Shown here piece by piece: positions 25,242 through 36,094 of a stretch of 64,000 nt of DNA; positions within the stretch are counted from its first letter, which is position 1, and every line of letters begins with the position of its first letter. This stretch comes from Octopus vulgaris. Taxonomy: Eukaryota. Location of the stretch: NCBI GenBank assembly GCA_951406725.2, contig OX597828.1, positions 71,486,001 through 71,550,000 of the forward strand, read 5' to 3'. Both the position numbers and the translations under genes were made by a program. The notes under the pieces were generated by a model. That model searched no databases. It was not told where the DNA came from and saw nothing but the letters and a program-made list of their open reading frames with translations.

Positions 25242-25286
25242 TGAACTAGTACTTTCATGCATTGAATTCTGCAATCTTCGGGTTCA
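25242..25286 (-). ncRNA. Minimal type I hammerhead ribozyme motif (U4C variant)
   Basis: TGAAC-CCGAAGA-T-TGCA gaattcaa TGCA-T-GAAA-GTA-CTA-GTTCA: 5-bp stem I and palindromic AGTACT stem III, on the same strand as the Penelope ORF. Confidence 0.7.
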
Positions 25287-25772
25287 TGTAGTAGTGTTGA
25301 CAGTCATGCTTCACAATTTTTGACTGTAGCAAGATGAATGATTCTGTGCTATAAATACAGCTGGGTAGGCTCCAGAGTGCTAGGTTTTGCAAACTGTATT
25401 CTGACCAATCAGTGTGTAGTATCACTCAATTACTTAAGCTGATTGGTTGGTTGAGCTGATTGGTTTAGGCATCACGCTTTGTTGGACAGGTCAAGAGTCC
25501 TGTATCTTGACCCTGGCCGAAGCAGCAATTGTTGGGTTATTTTTAGAAATGTTGTAAATATCCTTTGTCAGAGATTTTTATATTTCAATTGTCATCATCA
25601 TCATTGTCAGCACCTTAATTATTGTTGCTAGTGGTGATGGTGGTGGCAATAGAACTTTTAACCCTAAATAAGATAATTTTCCTGCTATCTTCGTCTTGAT
25701 CACCTTTAGTATTGTTGTTGTTGTTAGTGGTCATGGTCGTAGCAGTGGAAGTAATACCTCTAAGTATTATTA

Positions 25773-27092
25773 TTATTGCTTATTTAGCTTGGGTTCGAAT
25801 TTATCAATAAAATTCTTTTCTCTGATTTTCCTCTCGATTTCACTTGGGCTGTGTAATTTATAGAATGGAAATATTATATATATTTTCCGACCACATGTTG
25901 CTAGGTGGTTACTCAAAGGTATCTGACGGACCTCTGGGTCTCTAATCTGTTGCCGGTGTACACGTGAGCGTTCTAATAGTGCGTTTCCCGTCTGACCTAC
26001 ATATATTTCTTCACAATTTGGGCATTTGATGCAGTAAATTAAATTTCTGCTTTTGCAGTTCATATTCGCGTTTGTGAATATTTTCCTGGTTTTTGTGTTT
26101 ATATATTGACCGGTATGTATGAATTGGCATGTGCCACATCGGCTATCATTGCATTTAGATACCGTGAATGTTTGGTCTTTGTTGCTGAGGTCAAATTTTG
26201 CCTTTGTTAGTAATGTTTTCAAGTTTTTAGGCTGTCTTTTACTAAGCACCATAGCTCGATCCTTGATTATGTCTTTTAATTCATTACTTTGGGCAATGAT
26301 TGGAAGGTTTGCTTTGGCAATGTTGAAGATATTCTGGTGACATGGGTTGTGTGTCACTATGAATGGTATGACTTGTTCTTGTTTTCCTCTTCCTTGGGTT
26401 GTCCTAAGTTGTTGTATAGGTATTTTTATAGCCCGCTGTATGCCATTTTCTATAAGTAGAGATGGGTATTTTTGTTTGAGCAAAAATTCTCTTAGTTCTA
26501 TTAGGCGTTTGTTCCTGATATTTGCATCTTCTACAATAGTACAAATTCTTCTGGCTAGGCAGTATGGGATGTTACGTTTTGTATGTGGTGGATGGCACGA
26601 CTTAAAATTTAGGTATTGATGTGTGTCTGTGTGTTTATAGTATATATCTGTGGTGATGGTGGTGTCTTTTTTAATTACCATTATATCCAGGAATGGTAAT
26701 TTGGTACTACTCATCTCCTTTGTAAATTTGAGAGATGGGTGTAGGTTGTTCAGGAGGATATTGAACTCTTCCAGAGTATTTAGAGATTCTGTCCAGATTA
26801 TGAAACAGTCGTCTAGGTATCTCTTCCATGCCTTTTCAATATACTTTCTAAATCCAGTGCCATAGTTTACCTCCACCTCTTGGTAGAGTTGTTCTTCTAA
26901 GTATCCCATTACAGAGTTGGCGTAAACGGGAGCAAACCTCGTTCCCATCGCCGTGCCTCTAATTTGGATGTAATTCTTTCCATTGAAGAAGAATGTGTTA
27001 TTTTCTAGAATAAGTTTGACTGTGTCTAATATAAATGGCACTGTGAATCTGCTGGGAATCACTTCTCTATGTTTTTCTAACCAGTATTTAAT
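25773..27092 (-). CDS. Penelope-like reverse transcriptase plus GIY-YIG endonuclease (N-terminally truncated, uninterrupted)
   Basis: GTAMGTRFAP, RYLDD, PFLD and YYK RT motifs; CxxxxCxxC linker; NLIYCIKCPNCEEIYVGQT..R..H..E nuclease. The frame stays open upstream of 27062 to ~27092. Confidence 0.93.
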   Translation of the reverse strand: MKYWLEKHREVIPSRFTVPFILDTVKLILENNTFFFNGKNYIQIRGTAMGTRFAPVYANSVMGYLEEQLYQEVEVNYGTGFRKYIEKAWKRYLDDCFIIWTESLNTLEEFNILLNNLHPSLKFTKEMSSTKLPFLDIMVIKKDTTITTDIYYKHTDTHQYLNFKSCHPPHTKRNIPYCLARRICTIVEDANIRNKRLIELREFLLKQKYPSLLIENGIQRAIKIPIQQLRTTQGRGKQEQVIPFIVTHNPCHQNIFNIAKANLPIIAQSNELKDIIKDRAMVLSKRQPKNLKTLLTKAKFDLSNKDQTFTVSKCNDSRCGTCQFIHTGQYINTKTRKIFTNANMNCKSRNLIYCIKCPNCEEIYVGQTGNALLERSRVHRQQIRDPEVRQIPLSNHLATCGRKIYIIFPFYKLHSPSEIERKIREKNFIDKFEPKLNKQ

Positions 27093-28189
27093 ATATATAT
27101 TTATATATATATATTTATATATATATATATATATATAGATATAGATAGATATAATATATATGTTTATGTCTGTGTTTGTCCCCTACCACTGCTTGACATT
27201 CAGTGCTGGGTGTGTCTAAATCTTTGTAACTTAGCAGCTTGGCAAAATAAATCGATAGAATTTCAGGTATAAAAAAGAATTCCTGAAGTCGAATCCTTCA
27301 ATTAAAAACTCTTCAAGGCAGTGCTCCAGCATAGCCAGAGTCTACTGACTGAAACGAATAAAAGAAAAAAGACAAATTAAATTTAAACTGTTTATACAAT
27401 GGTGATCATTATCTCTGTTAATCCACAGAAATTAAGACTAAACCAATAAATAGGTTGGGTTTTACGAGGCCTTTTTCTGAACATCCTTGACAACAAGTGA
27501 CAGCAACATCCTTGTTTTTGTTGGTAATTCTGATGGATATGCTGGGCAGTGCCGTGAGGGCTACTTGGCCATACATGGCGGCTATAGATATAGTTCTGAA
27601 AATGATTCCTGGAAATCTGGGAAGGAAATGAAGTGACCATCTGCAGCATGACCTTCAGGAAACCAACCAACAGCTACTTGGACATGGACCAATCAGACAA
27701 ACACTCTCACCAATCAGATCTTATCGTCACTAGAAAGCCGGATGGACAAATGGTTGTTTATACTAAGTCTTTCTCTGGGAAAGAATCTACCACTTCAGAA
27801 TTTACTTGACTCACTGAGATGCAAAACAATAGACAGGAGAAGGACGATGTGGGAACTGAATTTTTACTTCTATGAAATATGTTTAGAGAACTTTTTGGTA
27901 ACGCGAGGGAGGAGACAGGGACTGATAACAAAAAGTAGCAGTCCATAGGTTATTTTGTTCCATGGGTTGGTTTCATGTGACACAATTGTTCCACGGATCA
28001 GGGGACCACATGCATAACCAAAACACAATAAAATGCATGAATATATATGTAAACAAAATTTTTGTTTCGTTTTTGGAAGCATCGAATGTGTTTCGTATTT
28101 TACAGACAAGAAAGTAATATTTTGAATGCAGTGAAACCAGCAGAAAGATTGGGTACTTTACCCTTATAAGGTGGAAAGAGTTGTCATCA

Positions 28190-28260
28190 GACAGCCATGG
28201 GACTCGAACCCACACCTCGCAGATACTGACCGAGTACTCTTCCAATCAAGCTAAACTACC
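28190..28260 (-). tRNA. tRNA-like pseudogene or SINE head (anticodon position AGT, Thr-like)
   Basis: GGTAGTT-TA-GCTT..GAGT-A-CTCGG-TCAGTAT-CTGCG-AGGT-GTGGG-TTCGAGT-CCCAT-GGCTGTC; many G-U pairs and an anticodon-stem mismatch. Confidence 0.5.
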
Positions 28261-28728
28261 CACTGACAACAATTTCTGTCACATTAAATGCTTAAAACTT
28301 AGCTTCTTTTGAAATGCGCCAACATATGTAACAAACTTTTTTCTTTGTTTCTGGAAGCACCAAATGTGTATCGTTTCATACAGACAAGAATGCTGTATAT
28401 AATTTAATCATTGGTTTCAAATTTGGGCACAAGGCCAGCAATTTCAGGAATCGATTTCATCAGCTTCAGTGTTCAACTGATACTTATCTTATTGACCTCG
28501 AGAGATAAAAGGTAAAGTTAACCTCAGTGAAATTTGAACTCAGAACATAAAGACAGATGAAAGTTGCTAACCATTCTGCCAACTTTTGGCCTTATATAAT
28601 TTAATTATTATGTATATAATACATATATATTACATAATATAATACATACATAATACATTTATATTTATATTACATATATAATACATACAGTACATATATA
28701 TTACATAATATATATGTATATCATATGC

Positions 28729-29125
28729 GTGGCATGTAAAAAGCACCATTTGAGCTTGGTTGATGCTAGTGTCACCTGACTGGCTCCTTAGCTGGTGGCA
28801 CATTAAAAGTGCCATTCAAACGTGGTTGATGCCAATACCACCTGACTAGCCCCCATGCTGGTGGCACTTAAAATGCACCATTTGAGCATGATCAGTGCCA
28901 ATGTCACCTGACTAGCCCCCATGCTGGTGGCACTTAAAATGCACCCACTACACTCTTGGAGTTGTTGGCATTAGAAAGAGCATCCAGCTGTAGAAACCTT
29001 GCCAGAACAGATTGGAACCTGGTGCAGCCTCCTGGCTTGCCAGTCCTCAGTCAAACCGTCCAACCCATGCCAGCCATGGAAAACGAACGTTAAACGACAA
29101 TGATGATGATGATGATGATGATGAT
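28729..29125 (+). mobile_element. RTE 3'-end repeat with ~62-bp tandem units
   Basis: cacctgactagccccatgctggtggcacttaaaatgcacc-like units repeated, then the standard body and tail. Confidence 0.75.
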
Positions 29126-30082
29126 ACATATATATTACATAATACATATGTATGATATATGGAATACATATATAATGCCAAACCACTCTGCAGACTGCGA
29201 TAGTCAATAAAACAGAAGGAACATCTTTAAAATCAATTCATTTTGTGTGGTCTGGTGCCGAATGCTTGAATGGCTGGGTGGCTGTTGATCCTTGAATTGG
29301 AGGACAACTTGAAGTTTCCCGTAGTCAACCAGTTGGAGGGTGTTTGCAGATGAGATTTGTGGCCGGAGTAAGGGGTTCCTGTCTGAAGCAGGATAACCTG
29401 GTGATGAAATGGTATTGTAGATGGAGAGTCATAAGAGCTAAAAAGACAATTGTGCGGGGAAAAGAAACAAGACATTAAGTTGACGTGATAGAGAGGGAAA
29501 AGAAAAACCAGGTGATTTAGTCCCTGATTTGTGCTGAGAGGATCAGAGGTGTTCAGGGTTGTGTATCAGGGCCAATGTGGCTTAGTGGTTAATGTGATGG
29601 ACTCGTGATCCTAAGATTGTGGTTTCAATTCCTGGACCGGGTGACATTTTGTGTTCTTGAGCAAAACACTTCATTTCACATTGCTCCAGTCCAGAGTGGA
29701 CCAAGACATCATTGGAGTTAAAATGTATTTGAAATGGCTGTTGGTCACTTTTACTCACTGTCAATGAGACGATGCTTAAGAATGATTCTAGGAGAGGTTA
29801 CTAAGTGTAGAATTAGGAGGAATAGGAAATCCTTCAAGAATATCCAACAGAGGGAATGGCTGTCGAAGCAAACAGTCATAGCATTGAAGTGGCAATTAAG
29901 GATATGAAGACAAGGAAGTGGCAGATGCATCAAAGAATAGTCAGAGAGATCTTTCATCTTTCTCTTGTTTCAGTCATTGGACCATGGCGATTCTGGCATG
30001 CAACCTTGAAGGACGAACAGGACTTGGTTTTTTTTTCTTTAAAAGTTTGGGACTTATTCTATTGGTCTCTTTTTGTGAACTG

Positions 30083-30290
30083 CTTCTAAGTGATTCTGCT
30101 TTTCTCGTTTGTTGAATTTCTTAACATTCAGATCCTGTTTTAAAACTGATGTTTTCATTTAATTAGTTTTATTTTAATTACAGCTGTTTAATTAGTATGT
30201 TAACCTTGTCTAATAACGTACAATGGGAACAGCAGTGTATTATGGAAGCAAGAGCAGTAGGGCCTGTGGTTACTTAACGAGTGGTTCTGT
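30083..30290. repeat. Inverted copy of 22911-23118
   Basis: Reverse complement of 22911-23118; lies between a SINE fragment and a LINE fragment. Confidence 0.9.
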
Positions 30291-30292
30291 GA

Positions 30293-30740
30293 GGAGACCA
30301 CAGTGGACAATAGTATTAAAGGTGGGGGTCAGGCAAAAGTGGAGAAGAGGGGGGACAATGGTGTCTCTCGACTGGAAAGTTCTGAGAATCCAGGAACACA
30401 TTCTATGGGCCATGTCAACTTTTCTGTTTATATGAGTGGCCCAGCTTATGTTGTTGCCCACAATTACTCCCAAGTCTCTGATGTTGTTGGATGCCATGAG
30501 AGCTTCACCTGAAGGAAGGGAGTATGGGAATTTCAGGGTATTATCTTTTCCAAAGTGAATTAACTCAAATTTGTCCTTGTTCAGCAGCATATTAGTCTTT
30601 TCTTCCCATTGGATGACAGCCAGTAGGTCTGACTGAAGGCATGCCCGGTCACCCACTTCATTGACAGACTTCTGGATCTTGGAATCATCTGCAAAGATTC
30701 TTATGTTACTCTGCTTAATGATGCCAGTAATGTCTTTTAT
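30293..30740 (-). mobile_element. CR1/Jockey-like LINE RT fragment
   Basis: IFADDSKI, LQSDL, KFELIHFG and RDLGVIV motifs. A fragment from the upstream ORF2 region lies at ~60230-60495 (+). Confidence 0.8.
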
Positions 30741-32947
30741 ATGATATTTACCAATGTGAACTACAATGAAAAAAATATGGGCAAGACATGGTATATACTT
30801 GTTTTTGTGCAGGGGTTCCTTGAGACATGTAATTTATTTTAAGGGTTACGCAAGGGTAAAATGGTCGAGAAACACTGGTCTTGAGTAATATAAAACTTTC
30901 CTTTCATAAGTTTCAAGTTAATCTGCCTGGTTGGAAAATATTGTGAATGTGTATCGTATGTATGATGCAGGGACCCCAGGGGGATAAATTCTGTGTACCA
31001 TTTGTGAAACATGGAATAGGCAAAGGGTTAATAAAACTGGGTTTAGAAGAACGGTTTGTGACCAGGGTGCAAGCCATTGTAAGGAGATGCAGATTGTAAA
31101 GAAAGAGTTGGTGATGAGTTCATTGAGGAATTTAGGGTGCAGTTAGGCATTCATAAAGGGTCACTTCTCAGTCCTGTCCCTATTTATCAGATCCTATATG
31201 CTGCAAGTTATTTGAAATCTGATTATTAGAAATTTAGGTAGTTGGCTCCATAGCTAGTAAACTGGAGGTGAAGAGTTCAAACCTCTCTGGAGCTTCAGTT
31301 TTGTTCTTTAAGGCAGCTGCTCAAAATATTCAGTCGCATTTCGTCCATTTTTTTGTTCTGAGTTCAGTTCCACTGAGGTTAACTTTGCCTTTCATCCTTT
31401 CGGAGTTGATAAAATAAATACCAGTTAAGCACTGCGGTCGATGTAATTGACTTGCCCCTCCCCTCAAAATAGAATCATAAATCTAAGTGCTTGTTTTCCA
31501 TCTTTTTTTTGCTTCATGAAATCTATTGAAAATCAAAATGAATTCATAGTCTTTAATATAGGAAAAGACTGATTAAAAATATGGTATTTGTAACAGAGTC
31601 AGTATTAATAGCCATCTGCCCACCATACTTAATGTATACACACTGTTGCTTGGCCAATTAGTACAGCAACTGACTCATCAGCAGTATGTATGACACATGG
31701 ATAGGTACTTTAATTTAATACTGTCTCACTTCCATATACCGGATAAGTATATACACTCCAACAATGTAGGTGTGTGTGTGTGTGTGGGTGTGCGCGTGTG
31801 TGTGTATGTATGTATGTATGTGTGTGAGTGTTTGTATATATATATATATATACATACACATATATATATATGTCATTACCATGATCATCGTTTAATGTCT
31901 GCTTTCCATGCTGGCATATGGGGTTGGATGGTTTGACTGAGGGCTGCACCTGGCTCCAATATATATATATCCAAGAAGGTGCTGAAAAGTTCAATCCATC
32001 CCATGCAAGCATTGGAAAAATGGACATGAGATGACGACGATGACAAGAACAATGATGATAATGATGATGATGATGATGGTAAAGATGATGACGATGACGA
32101 TTATGGTGATGGTGACGAGGATGAAGATGACAGTGATGATGATTATGATGATGATGATGGTGATGATGATGATGACAACGGCAGCAATGATATATTCTTG
32201 TGTGTGTGTGTGTGTGCATGTGTGTGTGCATGTGCTTGCGTGCACACGGGTGTGTGTGTGTGTGTGTAATTGCTGGCTGATTACAACAGAAAGCTTTCTA
32301 TTTTGTTTGAAGTGCGAAAATATTATTAATAAAAAAAAAAACAAAAAAAAACTGAAATTAATATTAGGATGGAATAACAATAAAACGATTGTTCCCAAGT
32401 AGAACTTTTGAATTTGGAAATAAATATTTCTCTGTTCAAAGGCACTTTATTCTATTTTACTAAGTTAATGTACGGCTTATTATTAATTAGTTGTAAATAA
32501 ATGATGTAAGGTTATTAACACCTCTCTTCCCCATCCCTCTCCCTCGCTGTTTCTGTCTTTGTCTCTCTCTCTCTCTCTCTTTCTTTCACATTCCGACATG
32601 GACAAAGAACACTGTTTTTCTAACTTACAAAGCCCTAGTTGCTGTTGCTGAAGGTTCTTGAGGGGGGAAAGAGAGAAAGAAAGAAAGAAACTAACAAAAA
32701 GCCAACTCTAATTGACACGACTCCAAAGACACAGTGTTTGGCGAGATGTCAGTCCAAGCAATAATGATGATGACGATAACGATGATTAATAATAGTAATA
32801 ATAATAATAATCCTTTCTACTAGAAGCACAAGGCCTGAGATTTGGGGAAGGGGGTATAGTCAATTACATTGACCCCAGTACTCAACTGGTACTTATTTCA
32901 TTGACCCTGAAAAGATAAAAGGTAAAGTCAACCTTGGTGGAATTTGA

Positions 32948-33370
32948 ATACAAACAAGAAGTCATACCACCTAACAAATATGAAGAAGAAGAAGAAGGAA
33001 CAACAAAAGCTATAAAACAAATGAAATCCAAACTAAAACTAGAACAGACCATGATAAAACGATGGCAAAAAAAGCCCCTTCATGGCAAATACTGGGCTAA
33101 ACTAAATGCAAAAGAAATGGGCAGAGAAAAATCCCAGCAATGGTTGAGAAACTCAGGACTCAAAGCAGAGATTGAAGGATTTTTAATTGCAGCACAAGAC
33201 CAAAAGCCTCCCCACCAGAAATTACCAAAAACATATAATGAAAAGAAACATAACAAGTAACTGCAGAATATGTGGAGATGGACAAGAAACAATAAATCAT
33301 ATTATCTCTGGCTGCTCAGTCCTGGCTAGGAAGGAACATTTCACAGACATGACAGAGTTGGGACCTACAT
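32948..33370 (+). mobile_element. R4/Dong-like RLE-clade LINE fragment
   Basis: KPLHGKY..WLRNSGLKAEIEGFLIAAQDQ, frameshift, then CRICG..ETINHIISGC zinc knuckle. Confidence 0.8.
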
Positions 33371-33859
33371 ACGTCATCATAATCTAATGTCCATTAAATG
33401 ATGATGATGATGATGACAGCGATGATGGTTCAAGGATTCCTCTATGACAGTTTCTGCCTAAACACTTGATTTGCTAAATATAGCAGCCAAGCCTTCTTCG
33501 AATCTGAGCCATCTTTAAAAAAAAACATGGTGGAAACACATTTATTTTAGGATGTCAGAGTGTTCAAAGAAATACCACAAGGTATTTACTTTTTGAGTTC
33601 AAATCCCTTAGAGATCAACTTTGCCTGTCACTCCTCTGGGGTTCAATAGGATAAGGTCAAATAATGCCGGTCAACGCTAACGATTAGCCTTGTCCACTCC
33701 CTGTAGAACTGGTGACCTTGTGACTAAATTAGACTTCAAGGAAAAACGATACTGTTAATTGATGTTTTGTTTAGAAATTGTAATACGTTGACGAATCTGG
33801 GATGGAAACAATGAATCGTTTGTGAAACGATACCTTGACCTCTAACAGATTCGTTCGAG

Positions 33860-34490
33860 AAGAGAAAGGCAGCAGCAACAACAACAACAATGACTATAAT
33901 AGCAGCAGCAGCAGAGGCAACAGTAGTAACGGTAACATGAATAACCATTATAACAGCGACAGCAGCAGCACCACCAGCACCAACAGCAGCAGCAGCCGTC
34001 CAAGAATTTGGACCTGGAGATCTCCATTTCCAGCGACTTCGAGGTCCACCTCCCAGTGGTGTCGGGCATCAATGAAGAGCCCTTGAGTACAACAAGACGA
34101 CCAAAGTTTTTTTTTTGTCCAAGGTCTGGGGTCTCCCACCCCTAAGCCGTAGACCATCACCTAATCCCCCTTACCCGTCTTGTTGCTTAACAACAATAAC
34201 AACAGCAGCAGCAGCAACAACAACAACAACAGCAACAATCCCAATAACTGGTATAAAGCCACCAATTACAACAGCAGCAGCAACAGCTTCAGCAGCAGAA
34301 GTCCCAATAACTGGTATAAAGCCACCACCACCACCACCACTACCAACAACAACAAGAACAACAGCAGTAAAAACAACAGCATCAAGAACCACTGTAGCAG
34401 CAGCCGCCGCCGCTGCAGCAGCAGCAGCAACAGCAACAACAACAACAACAAAAACAACAACAACAGCAGCAGCAGCAGCAACAACAACAA
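33860..34490 (+). repeat. (AAC/AGC/ACC)n low-complexity region with a 25-bp internal duplication
   Basis: cccaataactggtataaagccacca occurs twice (~34240 and ~34303). Confidence 0.7.
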
Positions 34491-34957
34491 TAGAAGCTGT
34501 TTTAAAACAATGTCATTTAACATGGAAGCCACAACAGACGACCAAAGATGAGTTTCCTTTCAGGAAGCTTTCAAGTGTTTTCTTTTTTTTTTTTTCCTTT
34601 GTCATATTTCATTTTTTTTTTTTCCTAAGATCCTGGGACCGAATTGAAATTCCAAAAAAAAAACAAAACCAGTTAACGTTAGACACAAGAAATATGAGAA
34701 ACGAAAAAACTGTAAGTATTAAAGCGCCACAAATGCCTCCAAATCATTTAATTAGGTCAGTTCGTTAATTCGCCGAGATGAAGGTTGCTGAACATTTAGG
34801 TGAAAAATAACTAAATAATTAACAAAAAAAAAAAAAGGAAATAAAATAAAATAGCAAAAGAATGTCTTTATTTGGCCTTGTGGATATAATGATTATGTTT
34901 GAGTAAAATAGTAGTAGTAGTAGTGATAATAATAATAATAATGATGATGATGATGAT

Positions 34958-35662
34958 GATGGACATAAGAAGCATCAGATGTGGTGTGCAAGAGAGACAT
35001 TAGCACTGGTATGGTCATGTACTGCGGATGGATGAGGAGAGATGTGTGAAGAAGTGCCACTCCCAAACAGTTGAAGGAATCCAGGGTAGAAGTAGACCCA
35101 GGAAGACATGGGATGAGGTAGTCAAGCATGACCTTCGAACGTTGGGCCTCACAGAGGCAATGATGAAAGACCGAGATCTCTGGAGATATGCTGTGACTGC
35201 AAAGACCCGACAAATAATGTGAGTTCATGGCTGCTTCCTGCACCAGTTTCGCATAGCCCCGGCCCATCCAAAGTACCTTGGATTGCAGAACGACCTGCTG
35301 TGCTTACCTTGGATTGTAGGGTGGCCTGCTGTGCTTGAGGAGACCTATTGAGTCAAGTACATCAACATCAAAATAAATATCAAATGGAAATTGTAGTTGT
35401 GATACCTGTGCTGGTGGCACATAAAATGCACCATCTGAATGTGGCCGCTGCCAGCCCCCGCCCCAGCACCTGTGTCGGTGGCATGTAAAAGCACCCACTA
35501 CACTCACGGAGTGGTTGGCGTTAGGAAGGGCATCCAGCTGTAGAAACATTGCCAGATCAGACTGGAGCCTGGTGTAGCCTCCTGGCTTCTCAGACCCTGG
35601 TCGAACTGACCAACCCATGCTAGCATGGAAAACGGACGTTAAACGATGATGATGATGATGAT
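34958..35662 (+). mobile_element. 5'-truncated RTE LINE with complete 3' UTR
   Basis: WYGHVLRMDEERCVKK..RPRKTW ORF end matching ORF 42977-43678, continuing into the abundant short repeat and a (GAT)n tail; GAT/AAT arrays on both sides. Confidence 0.85.
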
Positions 35663-35663
35663 G

Positions 35664-35700
<37 letters not shown>

Positions 35701-35715
35701 TAATAATAATAATAA

Positions 35716-36060
35716 TAGTGTGGCATATCAAGGCGACTACAGTACCAGTGATTGTAGGATCTCTAGGGATGATAAAAAAAGGTACTGAAACCTATTTGAA
35801 AATGATACCAGGCTTACCATCCCTACAGGAAGTGCAAAAAATTGTGTTAACTGGAACGGCTCATGTACTGAGAAGAGCATTATCGCTGTGAAAACAACAT
35901 TCATTTATGAATGTATTTATTTATAATTTTTTTAAATACATATTTTACCAGTGAATTTGCGTGTGTAATCTGGGGATGCAAACAATGAGCTTCCCTGCCC
36001 TAGGTGTACGGAAAACACTCGGCGAGAAGCGGAAGAAAATTTGAAGAAAGCGGGGTAAAA
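35716..36060 (+). mobile_element. R4/Dong-like LINE 3' end inserted in (TAA)n
   Basis: VPVIVGSLG..QKIVLTGTAHVLRRAL C-terminal RLE motif, flanked by TAA arrays, the known Dong-type target. Confidence 0.75.
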
Positions 36061-36094
36061 TAATAATAATAATAATAATGATGATAATAATAAT

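Larger units (their letters stand above)
25100..27092 (-). mobile_element. 5'-truncated Penelope-like retroelement with 3' pseudo-LTR region
   Basis: RT+GIY-YIG ORF, downstream hammerhead motif and CCAAT cluster, bounded by (TA)n-rich tracts. Confidence 0.9.

Noticed and set aside
27392-27670. 92-aa minus-strand ORF
   Set aside because: No recognisable domain or splice context in the frames read.
28090-28190. CTGATGA directly downstream of the tRNA-like sequence as a hammerhead
   Set aside because: The next GAAA is ~90 nt away with no supporting stem II.
31710-32402. His-, Met- or Ile-rich ORFs
   Set aside because: Translations of (GAT)n and (GT)n microsatellites.
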